The notes under the pieces were generated by a model that searched no databases, was not told where the DNA came from, and saw nothing but the letters and a program-made list of their open reading frames with translations. A stretch of 64,000 bases of DNA from Heptranchias perlo. Taxonomy: Eukaryota. Position 1 is the first letter of the stretch; the number at the start of each line of letters is the position of its first letter. The position numbers and the translations under genes were made by a program. The stretch covers positions 24,118,001-24,182,000 of the forward strand of contig NC_090335.1 in the NCBI RefSeq assembly GCF_035084215.1, read 5' to 3'. This document shows, piece after piece, positions 39,361 to 51,431 of the stretch.

Positions 39361-39657
39361 TCACAAAGGGAATACACCAGGGTGTTTATTATTTTGTACT
39401 TTGTTTCTTATATAATGTCACATTCCAGATATTAAATAGTCTATTCTCACCACTCCTGCCACCTCTCGTCCATTCTTCCGCGGCTTGTGCAATAGTTGCG
39501 TTCCGTGGAGGCCATCATGACGGCGAACACCTGCTGCCACCCATTGGGCACACTGCTGTGGGTGCAGGATTACTGGCAGCACTCTTCAGTGGAGGGGGCT
39601 GGTATGGCCGCTCGCATGTGCAGGTGAGGAGATGCGAGCGCCTCGCAGTGTCTGACT

Positions 39658-40902
39658 CTAGGAGAACCGTTGACGTATGAGTGCGTCCCTGGCCCGGCGA
39701 CCATCCCGGTGAGTCGCGGCTCGGCGCATGGGTCGTCCAACATCCTCTGGCGCGTCCTCCTCCTCCGCCTCCTCCTCCTCCTCCTCCTCCTCCTCGCCCT
39801 CGCCTTCCTCAATGTGGGTGGCGGGTGTGGATGGGGCCTCCTCCAGCGGCACCCCTCTCTGTTGGGCCATGTTGTGTAGGGCACAGCAGACAACTATGAT
39901 TCGTCCCACTCTGAATGGTGTGTATTGGAGCGCTCCCCCAGAACGATCAAGGCACCTGAAGCGCATCTTGAGAAGCCCTATGGTCTGCTCAATTGTAGAC
40001 CTGGTAGCAGTGTGGCTGTCATTGTACCGACGCTCCGGCTCGGTGATGGGGTTCCTCAGAGGTGTCATGAGCCACGTGTGGAGCGGATACCCCTTGTCGC
40101 CGAGGAGCCAGCCGTTGCCGGCGTTGGGTGCCTGCAGGATGGGCGGGACGGCGGACTCCCTGAGGACGAAGGCATCGTGGCAGCTGCCGGGATATCTGGC
40201 GCACACGTGTAGGAATCTCTGGCGGTGGTCACAGATGAGCTGGGCGTTCATGGAGTGATACCCCTTCCTGTTGATGAACAGCCCTGGCTCATGCGGAGGT
40301 GCCCGTATTGCGATGTGGGTGCAGTCGATTACACCCTGCACCCGTGGGAAGCCGGCCATGGCATGGAATCCAACCGCCCTCTCCATCTGGCTGCGCTCGT
40401 CCATGGCGAAGTTGATGTAGTGGGAGGCCCTGCGGAACAACCCATCGGTGACCTGCCTTATGCACTTGTGTGCAGAGGACTGACAGACCCCGGTGATGTC
40501 CCCGGTGGCACCCTGGAAGGAACCGGATGCGAAGAAGTTGAGGGCAGTGGTGACTTTGACGGCGACAGGTAAGAAGATGCTGCTTGGTCCATCAGGGAGC
40601 AGCTCGTCGTTAAGGAGGCTGCAGATGTCGGCGACTACCTGGCGATTGACTCTGAGCCTCCGTATGCACTGCTCCTCGGAGAGGTCCATGAAGCTGAGCC
40701 TCGCTCTGTACACCCTGTGCGGAGGGTAGTGCCTCCTGCGACGCATCTCTCTCTGCGGTTGCCCTCCCTCCTGCTGTGCAGGTGGGTGTGCCGCAGCACC
40801 GTGTTGGGGGGCCCCACCTCTCCGAGACGGACGGCGTGGACTGCGAGGCTGCTGGGGCTGGTCATCCTGTTCGTCCTCCGACGATGTCAACGCACCACCC
40901 AT
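39658..40902 (-). CDS. Harbinger (HARBI1-family) DDE transposase, ~414 aa
   Basis: FFASGSFQ, GFPRVQGVIDCTHI, NRKGYHSMNAQLICD, YPGSCHD, LLGDKGY, RSTIEQTIGLLKMRFRCL, CCALHN; no stops. The ATG at 40902 is preceded by a CAG acceptor. Confidence 0.93.
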   Translation of the reverse strand: MGGALTSSEDEQDDQPQQPRSPRRPSRRGGAPQHGAAAHPPAQQEGGQPQREMRRRRHYPPHRVYRARLSFMDLSEEQCIRRLRVNRQVVADICSLLNDELLPDGPSSIFLPVAVKVTTALNFFASGSFQGATGDITGVCQSSAHKCIRQVTDGLFRRASHYINFAMDERSQMERAVGFHAMAGFPRVQGVIDCTHIAIRAPPHEPGLFINRKGYHSMNAQLICDHRQRFLHVCARYPGSCHDAFVLRESAVPPILQAPNAGNGWLLGDKGYPLHTWLMTPLRNPITEPERRYNDSHTATRSTIEQTIGLLKMRFRCLDRSGGALQYTPFRVGRIIVVCCALHNMAQQRGVPLEEAPSTPATHIEEGEGEEEEEEEEEAEEEDAPEDVGRPMRRAATHRDGRRARDALIRQRFS

Positions 40903-42189
40903 CTGGCAGGTGTTGGTGTGAGGGGTTGTGCAGGGTAGGTGGGTGGGTCCTCGGACTGGGGCTGCGGTTTCGTGTCGGTCTGTCCTCTGGCTTGGCGGGG
41001 GTTGGTGGAGGGCAGGGGTTGCCCTATGTGACGCGGTGGCCCCCTGCGTGGGTGAGGGCTCTCCCCCGTGGAGCGCACCTTGGCACCTGCCACAGGCTGC
41101 TGGCTGCAACACGCCTGGTTTGAAAGGTACTGTTTCCCCCAGTGTGGGAGACTGACTGCGTTGAACCTAAAATCCCACACTTTCTCTTTTGACAGCTGCT
41201 TCAGCTCATTAACTGACCACAACGAGCAAGTTAAGTGCTCTCAAGTGGAACCCCGCTGGCTTTAATTGCCTGCGGGATTCCCACCAGCGGGGCTTGCGCG
41301 CGCAGGCCCGCATGTCAGCGCGGTACCCGGAAGTGGCCGGGATTTCGTCCGAATCCGGTCACGTGACCGGAGATCGGGATTTTCGGGGCCCCCCCCGCTG
41401 GAAACCCGCAGGTAACCCGACCCTAAAATCGAGCCCCTGATTACAGGTAGAAAAGGCTTTTTTACTTCACACTGTCCTGGAGGATACACGTCATCAGGGA
41501 TTTATCTGGACTGCTCCAATCTTGTATGGAGGTGCTGAAAGCTAAGCATAAACCATGTCAGCCTGTATCACTGAGGGGTACCTACAGCAAACAATAAGAG
41601 GTCTATTCAACTTTTGCCATGCATGCTGTTGGAGCCTAGTGATGACTGGTGCTATATTTACTGTAATAATGCACCCATGTTGAGTGTGGATGCCCAAAGT
41701 AGGATAACTTGATGTGAGGCAGGAATCCAATATTCCCATGAGGAATTTTTTTTTCCTTAGGAAATCTGTTCTCAGTTTATGTGCTTAGCACACAGACTTC
41801 AGATAAAAATATTATAACAAGAAACATTATATTACAGGAACAGCAAAGGCCACCTACCTTGCTTCTAAATGCTGAATTATTCATAAAGGGGGTTTTAAAA
41901 AATTTTACTTATAAGGAAACTATTTTTGGAAAGTAAGTCTTTTGACTTACAAAGGCCGTCGGGAATGCCCCATTCAGGATTCTTCAGTAGCCTCTACGTC
42001 CGCCAATGACTGATAAATGTAAAATTAAAACAAAAACATCCTGTGAAGCCAGTTTGAGGAGGAGTGCTCCCCCGAACCCACAGGAGTCATGATTGCCACC
42101 CCTCCCCCCACCCCCCCCCTCCCTCACCCCCAGTAGCCCGCTCGGTTCTGGCACAGGTTAATTTCTTGGCCAATAGCGAAATTCATGGA

Positions 42190-42626
42190 CTAAAAACAGA
42201 AAATGCTGGAGAAGCTCAGCAAGTGAGGCAGCACCTGTGGAGAAAGAAACAGAGTTAACGTTTCAGGTTGAAGACCTTTCGTCAGAACTGGAAGATGTTA
42301 AAGAGTTAAAATGTTTAAGCAAGTACAGAGGCAGGGAAAGGGAGGGAGGGAGGGGTGGGGAGGAAAGAACAAAAGGGAAGGTCTGTGATAGGGTAGAGGG
42401 CATGAAAGATTAAAGGACAAAAGGGATGATGGTGCAAGTCAAGGAAGGTGGTAATGGGACAGGTTAAGAAATAAAAGATTGATCAGGAGTAGCTGTAAAT
42501 GGCCGCAGTGGAACCATTACCAGCATTAGCTAACCGAAAAAATGGGAGCAATGGTTATGATCTGAAGTTATTGAAATCAATGAAACCCTTATTTCAGATT
42601 TCCAGCATCCGCATTATTTTGCGTGT
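42190..42626 (-). mobile_element. PLE family-B 3' fragment with short inverted tail
   Basis: TSD GAAATTCATGGA at 42178-42189 and 42627-42638; minus arm starts TAAAAACAGAAAATGCTGG; plus arm TTATTTCAGATTTCCAGCATCCGCATTATTTTGC. Confidence 0.82.
42253..42289 (-). ncRNA. Minimal type-I hammerhead ribozyme (family B)
   Basis: AGTT-CTGACGA-A-AGGT-CTTCA-ACCT-GAAA-CGT-T-AACT. Confidence 0.78.
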
Positions 42627-43611
42627 GAAATTCATGGAGTAGCCTTATTCAGTTTATGTTACTCATCTGATGACAAGACATTTTTCCTTTTGATGCATGA
42701 TGAGGTTCATTAAAGGCATAATATTTTTTATGTAATCACTATAGTTTATCAAGAAATAATCAACAGCTGAGTATTGAGATGTAATAAGGTCAGTACTTCT
42801 TTAAAGTCCTTGGAGTAGATTTCGACTTTGTGCGATTGTGTAAAACGGTTGATAGTGAGTTGGTAGCCCGTTTTACATCTCTCCCGATTTTTATTTCCAT
42901 AGGCTTGACCGTTGCAGGCTATTCTGCAAGCTATTCAACAAAGGGCAACCTTGTAGCTGAAAGTGATCTTGTCCTCATCCAATAGCCACATATATGGATT
43001 TCTAGCAGGGGTCTCAGCATAGTGATCCCTCCCTAGCCCAGAGACTCAGAGCCCAATTCTAGCAACAGTAACTATGCCTTGTTTAAGATCAACTAATTCA
43101 GGACAGCCCCAAGATTGAACCTGATACCAATATTATAGAAATGTTGACATACAGCTCCCTACTTAGCAGCTGGATAACTCCACCGTCCGCTCCACCGGTC
43201 CAACCAGAGTGTGGTAACATGTTTTGACTATTTCCTTTCGACCACCTGTGATAATTTGCTCAAAAAAAAGGTTCTAGGTGTATCGTACAGGTAGGAAGCA
43301 AAATTCCATGATGCACATACTGATTAGAGGCATCCTGTAAAAACTACTTTGATTCCTCTTTGCTGTTCGGTTAAGATAGTCATCTCTCAGTTTGATTTGA
43401 TTGACATTACTTAAATACAACAGAATAGCAAAAAGATTTAAAAGATGTTATCAGACTCCATGATTTCAATACAAGCCTTTCAAGTTCACTTTTAGAAGTG
43501 TACCATGTGCTCTCCTGGTCTTACATCATTCACTGTCGAGTATCAACAGCTGTCAATTCCTCAGCTTGATGAGTTTAAAACCTACAATGAAGGGCACATT
43601 ATTAACATAAT

Positions 43612-46416
43612 GGCCCGGAATTTGCCCCGAAAGTAATGGTGATCCTAACAGGGCTGACTGTCGTTTCAGGGCAAATGGAAGAGCAACTTCCGGCGAGCGC
43701 ACATGTGCAGTCAAGTGTGGAAATCTGGAAGTTGCTCTACCAACTGCCCAGTTCCCCCGAAAGCTGCGCGGGAAGGAGATCTTGCCGGCTGGTTCCCCCT
43801 TCAAATGGCTGCAATGGAGCGAAGTTGCTCTCCTGCCCAGCTGGAAACAAATCATTTTTGCCAGATCAAGGTAAGTCCAAATTTTTTTAGTCTAACCAAA
43901 GGTTTAACGATGTGGTAAGTCTTAGGGCCCGATGTTAGCAGGGCTGCGGGTTCTCGCCGGGGGTCTATCGGGCGCATGGGTAACGCGCCCGGCGAAATGA
44001 GTCAGCCACACGCGCGATCGTAGCATAATTAGATCCACTTACCTGGTCCTCCGGGTTCCCCACTGCTGATCTGTGCGTCGGGCGGGCTGCGCATGCGCAG
44101 TAAGATCTGTCAGCTGGAGGAGCTCTATTTAAAGGGGCAGTCCTCCACTGACAGATGCTGCAACAAACAGAAAAAATTACAGCATGGAGCAGCCCAGGGG
44201 GAAGGCTGCTCCCAGTTTAATGATGGTATCAATACATGGGGTGAGGAGGAGGGGGAGGACAGAGATCTTCCCCCCAGCGGGCGGGAGGAAGCGGCCTGCC
44301 TCTGCCACCAGGAAGGCCTGGCTCGAGGTGGCAGAGGAGGTCACCAGCACCACCAACATATCGCCCACCCGCATAAAGTGCAGGAGGCGCTCCAATGACC
44401 TCAGTAGGTCAGCCAAAGTGAGTACACTTACTCTTTCCCCTACACTCCGTCTGCCACATCACCGCCCCCACCCCACATCTCCTTCAGCACTGCCAACACT
44501 ACTCTGTCACATCACCCCACATACCCACTCAAACCTCATCCTCATCTTACCTGCACCTACTCACCTCGCCAGTACTCATCCCGCCACTACCACTCAACCC
44601 AATCCTCATACAATCTCATGGCTCTATCTCATACTCACCCTCTCGTGCATCTCTTTCACGGCCAGCCTCACTCAACCTGCCACTACCTGTGCTGCAGCCA
44701 CAGGGCATGCATCACATATGTGCAGTAGGCAGCGTAAGGCAAATGTGTCGTGAGCATGAAGGGGATGCACAAGGGTGTTTGAGGGTTTGTCATGGTTGTT
44801 ACTTATATTGAATTTCTGACCAACTCACATTACATATCATATTGGCACCACTACTGCCACGTCTTCGCGAATCTTGTCTGGTTCGTGCAATAATGCCCTC
44901 TCCTGAGGATCACTATGAAGACCCACAACTGATGCCAGCCATTGTGTCACTGCAGAGTGGGTGTAGGTGTATGTGCAGGGCTCTTTTGTGCAGACGACTG
45001 AGAGACGTCGGCGATGTCCCCGGTTGCACCCTGGAAGGATGCGGAGGAGAAGTTGTTGAGGGCAGTGGTGACTTTGACAGCGACAGGTAAGAAGATGGTG
45101 CTCGGGCCGGCCAGGAGCAGCTCGACATGAAGGAGGCTGCAGATGTCCACGACTACATGTCGAGTGACTCTGAGCCTCCGTGTGCACTGCTGCTCAGAGA
45201 GGTCCAGGAAGCTGAGCCTCGGTCTGTGGACCCTGTGGCGAGGGTAGTGCCCTCTGCGACGCATCTCTCTCTGCGGTTGCCCTTCCTCCTGCTGTACAGG
45301 TGGATGTGTCACAGCACTCTGTTGTGGAGCTCCACGTGTCAGAGGTGGATGGCGTGGATGGCGAGGCTGGTGAGGCTGGTGATGCTGTTCACCCTCCGAG
45401 GAGGTCATGACTGTAGTTACGGCGGCCCCCATCCGGAAGATGTACATCTGAGGGGGTCCGCAAAGTAGGTACATGTCTCTGGATCCCGGGGTAAGCGTGC
45501 AAGTTGGTGACTTTGATTGTCAGGGGGAGGGTGGTGGAGGCCAAACTTTGTCCCAAGTGACAGAGTGGCCTTGGGCAATGGGTGAGGGTCTCCCCCCCAC
45601 ACCTGTCAAATGGACCTTTGCAGCTGCCACAGGCTGACAGCTGCAACAGGTCCATTTGAAGTGGGAGTGTTTCCCACAGTATGGGAAACAGTCCCAGTTT
45701 GCTCTAAAATCCCACCCCTCCTCACATAATCCCTTAATCAGGTCAGTTAATGACCTGAACAAGCAAAATAAATACCTTCAAGTGGCGCCCCACTGGCTTT
45801 AATTGCCTGCGGGATTCCCACCAGCGGGGGCTGCGCGTGCACACCGGCACGTCAGCGGGGAACCCGGAAGTGTGCGGGTTCGAGGCGGGCTCCGGCCCCG
45901 CTCTGGGATTTCCCGATTTTCGGGGCCCCCCTGCCAGGAACGCACCCGCTGGCGGGTGCTAAAATGCTGCCCTTAATGACTGCCAAACCACCTCTCTGGC
46001 ACTGAAAATGAACTTTCTCAAGTGTGGAGTCTCATTCCTTCAAAATGTAATTGTTGTTGGACTTTTAAAAAAAAAAAAAATTTTTATTTTTTAACCTTTT
46101 CTTTCTGTCTGTTTTATTTATGTCTTTTAATTCAATATTTCATACCGTCTCTTTATTTCGCTTTCTGTAACTGGTTTTACATTGAATTCACTATTTTAAC
46201 TAACACTTCCTGGTTGTGTGTCTGCGTGGCTTGTTAGCGATACTTCAGTCTGATTGGTTAAGGGGATACATGGTTCCACACCCCTCTGTGAGGACACTGC
46301 GCTTTTTTCAGCTCCCCTTTGCAGGAAGTTGGCGCCCAAAAGCTCGTGGATAAGCAATGGGTAAGTTTAAATCTAACGACCGGTGGGCGTTCGCCGCTCA
46401 GTGCAAAATCGGGGTC
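43612..46416. mobile_element. Harbinger-type MITE hosting a nested Harbinger
   Basis: Imperfect TIR GGCCCGGAATTTGC / GCAAAATCGGGGTC; TSD AAT. Confidence 0.65.
43925..45972. mobile_element. Internally deleted Harbinger (Myb exon 1 on +, transposase N-terminus on -)
   Basis: TSD TTA at 43922-43924 and 45973-45975; ends GGGCCCGATGTTAGCA / TGCTAAAATGCTGCCC; ORFs 44184 and 44947-45474 are homologous to the intact copy. Confidence 0.9.
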
Positions 46417-46789
46417 AATATTATGATTTCTGCTTTGTAACATAATTCTAAAATGGTATTTTAATTAAGTTCTGAAATCATTTAGCGAGCTGATATTTGA
46501 GTAATGTGCTCTTTCAAACATATATTCATTCACATGTGATCCTTGCATGTTCCTTTATAGATAATTGAGACTTCGGAATAATTCAGGTCATGTGCCTGTC
46601 TGACACCAGCACATTACTTTAAAGTGATTAAATCTAAATTTACAGACTTTACTGGAGTACTTGCAATTTTGAATCAATAGGGACTGCCATGAAGTTCCTG
46701 AAGTGTATCAGGAAGCAGAATTCTGGGTAGCATCATTTTTTAATCAACTCAGTTGCTGTCTAAGATGTTGACAGAGTCAATATTCCTGT

Positions 46790-47590
46790 GCCATCAGATT
46801 GCTTGGCCAGCATCCAGTCTTGGATGAGCTGCAATTTCATCCAGCTAAACATTAGGAAATTGAACCCATCATCTTTGACCCCTGCTACAGACTCTGTACT
46901 CTTGCCAGCCCCCTCCCCAGCTACTGGCTCAGGCTGAACCAGACTCTTTGCAACCTCGGTGTCCTCTCCAACCCTGAGCTGAGCTTTCGACCCGATATCT
47001 TCTCCATCACAAAGACCGCCTACCTCCACCTCTGTAACATCGTCCGCTTCCGCCCCTGCCTCGGCCCATATTCCATTGAAACCTTCATCCATGCTTTTGT
47101 CACCTCAAGACTCGACTTTTCCAATACTCTCCTGGCCGGCCTCTCGTCCCCCTTAAACTTCAGCTCATCTAAAATTCTGCTGCCTGTATCCTACCCCGCA
47201 CCAAGTCCCACTCGTTTGTCCTTGTTGACCTACATTGGCTCCCGTTCCCCCAATGCCTCAAATTTAAAATTCTTATCCTCATGTTTAAATCCCTTAATGG
47301 CCTCTCCTCTCCCTATCTCTGTAACCTCCTCCAACATTATAACTCCCTCCCTAGCCCTTCCCTCCTTTTGCCTTACCATTGTTGGCCAGGTCTTCAGCTG
47401 CCTAGACCCCATGCTCTGGAATTCCCTCCCAAAACCCCACCACCTTCTTAAAACACTTATTTGACCAAGCTTTTTGTAATCCCTAATATCTCCTTCTTGG
47501 TTTGGGGTTCTATTATTTGATTACGTCTCTGTGACGTGCCTTGGGACATTTTTCTACTTTAAGGCACTATATGAAAGGTTGTGGCTGTGC
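46790..47590 (+). mobile_element. L2-type LINE 3' fragment
   Basis: IQSWMSCNF.QLNI, NLGVL, ETFIHAFVTSRLDFSNTLLAGL, LHWLP, PMLWNSLP. Confidence 0.85.
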
Positions 47591-47847
47591 TTGTTGTTAT
47601 TGTTCGATTCCAAGCCCTCTTTAAAAGTTAAAGCCAAATATTGTAGCATTCTTCCAAGGAAGCTCAGATGCCAGACCAATTGGAAATTCAGTAAAATGGC
47701 TAACGCAGACGAAATTTGTTGCCCTTTAACCTGGTCAAGGATTTAGACAATGGCCATGGTTGCTTGCAATGTGCGAGAGTCAACTCTAATTCCAATTTAC
47801 TCCATTTTGCAGTTCAGGAACTTTGAGTTCACAATGATTCTATTCAT

Positions 47848-49331
47848 GATACTCTTCCAAAGCTCTCTCGACTCAGGAACTGTTCCTTTAGATTGGAAAA
47901 TTGCACATGTCACTTCGTTATTTAAGAAAGGTGAAAGAGGGAATCCAGGGAATTATAAACCAGTTAGCCTAACATCTGTTGTCGGGAAATTATTAGAGTC
48001 TATAATTAAGGATAGGGTGACTGAACACCTTGAGAATTTTCAGTTGATCAGGGAGAGCCAGCATGGGTTTGTAAAGGGTAGGTTATGCCTGATGAACCTT
48101 ATTGAATTTTTTGAAGAGGTGACTAAAGTAGTGGACAAGGGAATGTCTATGGATGTTGTTTATATGAATTTCTAGAAGGCATTTGATAAAGTCCCTCATA
48201 AGAGACTTTTAGCTAAAGTTGAAGCTTATGGAATTGGGGGCAAATTATTGACCTGGTTAGGAAATTGGCTGAGTGGCAGGAGACAGAGAGTAGAGATAAT
48301 GGGCAGGTACTCAAATTGACAGGATGTGACTAGTGGTGTCCCACAGGGATCTCTATTGGGGCCTCAACTATTCACTGTATTTATTAACGATTTAGATGAC
48401 AGGATAGAGAGCCACATATCCAAGTTTGCTGATGATACAAAGATAGGTAGCATTGTAAGCAGTGTAGATGGAAACATAAAATTACGAAGAGATATTAATA
48501 GATTAAATGAATGGGCAAAACTGTGGCAAATGGATTTCAATGTAGGCAAGTGTGAGGTCATCCACTTTGGACCTAAAAATGATAGGCTAGAGTACTTTCT
48601 AAATGGTGAAAAGCTCGAAACAGTGGAGGTCCAACGAGACTTAGGGGTCCATGTACATAGATCATTAAAATGCCATGGACAGATGCAGAAAATAATCATA
48701 AAGGCTAATGGAATGCTGGCCTTTATATCTAGAGGACTGGAATACAAAGGAGTAGAAGTTATGCTGCAGCTATACAAAACCCTGGTTAGACTACATCTGG
48801 AGTACTGTGTTCAGTTCTGGGCACCGCACCTTAGGAAGGATATATTGACCTTGGAGGGAGTGCAGCGTTGGTTTACTAGAATGATACCTGGACTCCAAGG
48901 GTTAAATTACGAGGAGAGATTACACAAACTAGGGTTGTGTTCCCTGGAATTTAGAAGATTATGGGGTAATTTGATCAAAGTTTTTAAGATATTAAGGGGA
49001 ACTGATAGGGTAGACAGAGAAAAACTATTTCCACTGGTTGGGGAGTCTGGGACTAGGGGACATAGCCTAAAAATTAAAGCCAGGACTTTCAGGAAGTGAA
49101 GTTAGGAAACACTTCTACACACAAAGGGTGGTAGAAGTTTGGAACTCTCTTCCGCAAATAGCAGTTGATGCTAGCTCAATTGTTAATTTTAAATCTGAGA
49201 TTGATAGATTTTTGTTAACCAAAGGTATTAAGGTTATGGTGTGTATATGGAATTAGGTCACAGAGCAGCTATGATCTCATATAATGGTGGAACAGGCTCA
49301 AGGGGCTAAATGGCCTACTCCTGTTCCTATG
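47848..49331 (+). mobile_element. CR1 LINE 3' 1.5 kb (RT), with stops
   Basis: DWKIAHVT..NYKPVSLTS, GVPQGSLLGP, KFADDTK, HLEYCVQFW. Confidence 0.95.
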
Positions 49332-51199
49332 ATACTGTCCTAAAATAAAACATTAATGGGCAGAATATGGGTCTGTGAAATTTCAAGTTACTTGACCAAC
49401 TTATTTTGCTGAATTCCGTTTAATTTTGATGCCCCTCCCTACTCTAGGAAAAGTAATTTAAAATTTTATAATAAGAATGATGACTGTCTCATTTATTATT
49501 TAGCTTTCTAACGAGTAGCCTGATTTAACTGATAAAAGACAATGGATTCCTCTGTCCGTTTAAGTTTCTGTATGCAGTGCACTATTCCTGAGCGTGAGGA
49601 AGGCCCCTGCTAATGTTGTTGTTTAAAGGTGGCTGGTCAAAGATGTATGAGAGTGGTGCCTCTTTACAAGGCCAATGAGGCTAAGAGGGCAGAGCCAGGG
49701 GTGACGACTCCCTTCCCTAGGAGTTCCTTGGCACAAAAAGGACCCAGGGTAAGATTGGAGGGTATTACACAAGGGAGATGAGGCATACCCATCCTCCAGA
49801 AGGCAGCAAGTGGGCCCTACAAGTGGTGCAGGCCACAGATACAGCCTGGATCCCTGAAGGTAAGGTAATAATTTCTTTTTAAAAATCCTAGATTGACCCC
49901 CATACAAATGGCGCGTTGGTGGGGGTTCCCATGAGTTCTTCCGACTCAACCGGACATCGGATTTTCCAGCAGCATGGGGCAGGTAAGTGCCGGAGACGCG
50001 CCCGTGGTGGTGGGGATGCCCATTAGGCCAATGGAAATAAGATGCAAAATGTGGCAGGGACAGCGCGGGAGGGCACAGCGGGTGTGAATGTGGCATAACT
50101 TGGGACCACGGTCTGCGGATTTTCGGGGCCATTGAGTTTGCAAAAGCTTTGCTTAGAATTTTTGGTGAATCAGGAGACTGTGAGCTTGCAAAAGCTTAGT
50201 TAATAAAGTTCGCCATCTGATGGAGGGAAGGACTGATTTCCTTTTTAACATTGGACTGAGTATTTTGTTTAAGAGGAAAATTCAGGCTCTAACAACATAG
50301 TTTTGGTGCATAAAATTTTCCTTCAAGCAATCTACTTCGTAATGCAAATTAATTGTTTTTCTTCGTCTACACAATTAAAGACTTCATAGTTGACAGTTTC
50401 TACATATCAGGTATTGTTGGAGAGCTCGTTAGCAGAATTTTATCATCAAATAATGATGATGTCTGATTGCCAGCTGCTGCTGGTAGAAATACATGGGCAA
50501 CTAGTGTTAATATACAAGATCTTTATTAATTAGGAGACTGGGTAAGCTAAATTGCTAGGGATTAAACATGAAAGGAATTTCTCTGTGGTGAAAGTCACAC
50601 TATACTCTGGGAAAAAGCAAACTATAGAATGCACAGAGCTAGATTCCCATGCATATCACCAAGTTCTGGCTGGCATCTTGACATAATTTAATGACAAAGC
50701 AATAATGGCTGCCATTGGGTTTGCCTTTTCCTCACAGTTCTCTCCCCTCCTTCCTTTGAAGTCACAAAGGCAGGTGTTTCCAGGGTGGGTGCGGACTGGA
50801 GGGCAATGTGCGTGCACAGCCCTTGGGCAGCACTGGAGCGCCTGGATTTCCTGGAGGTGCCCATTTACATCGAGAGGGTGGAGGTGTGTAATTGGAGCAG
50901 GGCCACCCAGTTCGAGCACATGTTGCACCTTAAAAGTCTGAGGCTGATTTAAAGGGGCACAGAGCAAAAGGAGGCAGAACCAAGGCGGTGGAGGCACTAT
51001 TGAGTGACCACGAGATTCTTGCTAAGAACCTAAGTGACTGTTTTGGCAGCTTCTGATAGTTTTATAAAGGGCAAGAAAAAATTGAAACTGGATGATAGGC
51101 ATAAAATCCTTTCAAAGTATTAGTGACTGAAGTCTGGCCTGGAATGTAAGTGCTGTTTGTTGGTTTTAAAATTCGATCCCTTGATACTGCTCTTCTGCT

Positions 51200-51431
51200 T
51201 CTTTGGCAGGATGGGGGTGTCATCAGCAAAGGGCTCCGCAGTTTGACAAGGCAAGCACGGAAGCACAGGTGTGGGCTGCGGAATGGCGGAGGGGAGGTGC
51301 TGTACCCTGCCACGGGCAAAAAAGTCTCAAGACCAGCTGGACGCAATGCATGGCAGCAGATAGCAGAAGAACTGATGCGTGCGTGGATGCAGTGCCAAAA
51401 GAAGTTCACTGACCTTGCCAGAAGAGGCAAG
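51200..51431 (+). mobile_element. Degraded Harbinger Myb exon 1
   Basis: EVLYP..NAWQQIAEE..AWMQCQKKFTDLARRGK|GT. Confidence 0.7.

Larger units (their letters stand above)
37263..41436. mobile_element. Young, apparently intact autonomous PIF/Harbinger transposon (4174 bp)
   Basis: TIR GGGCTCGAATTTAG / CTAAAATCGAGCCC (1 mismatch); TSD CTG at 37260-37262 and 41437-41439; two intact convergent genes; CpG-rich. Confidence 0.96.

Noticed and set aside
39658-41112. Domesticated host HARBI1/NAIF1 gene, or the 484-aa extended start
   Set aside because: Flanked by TIRs and a TSD with paralogous copies nearby, so it is a transposon. The upstream non-ATG extension is probably intron or UTR.
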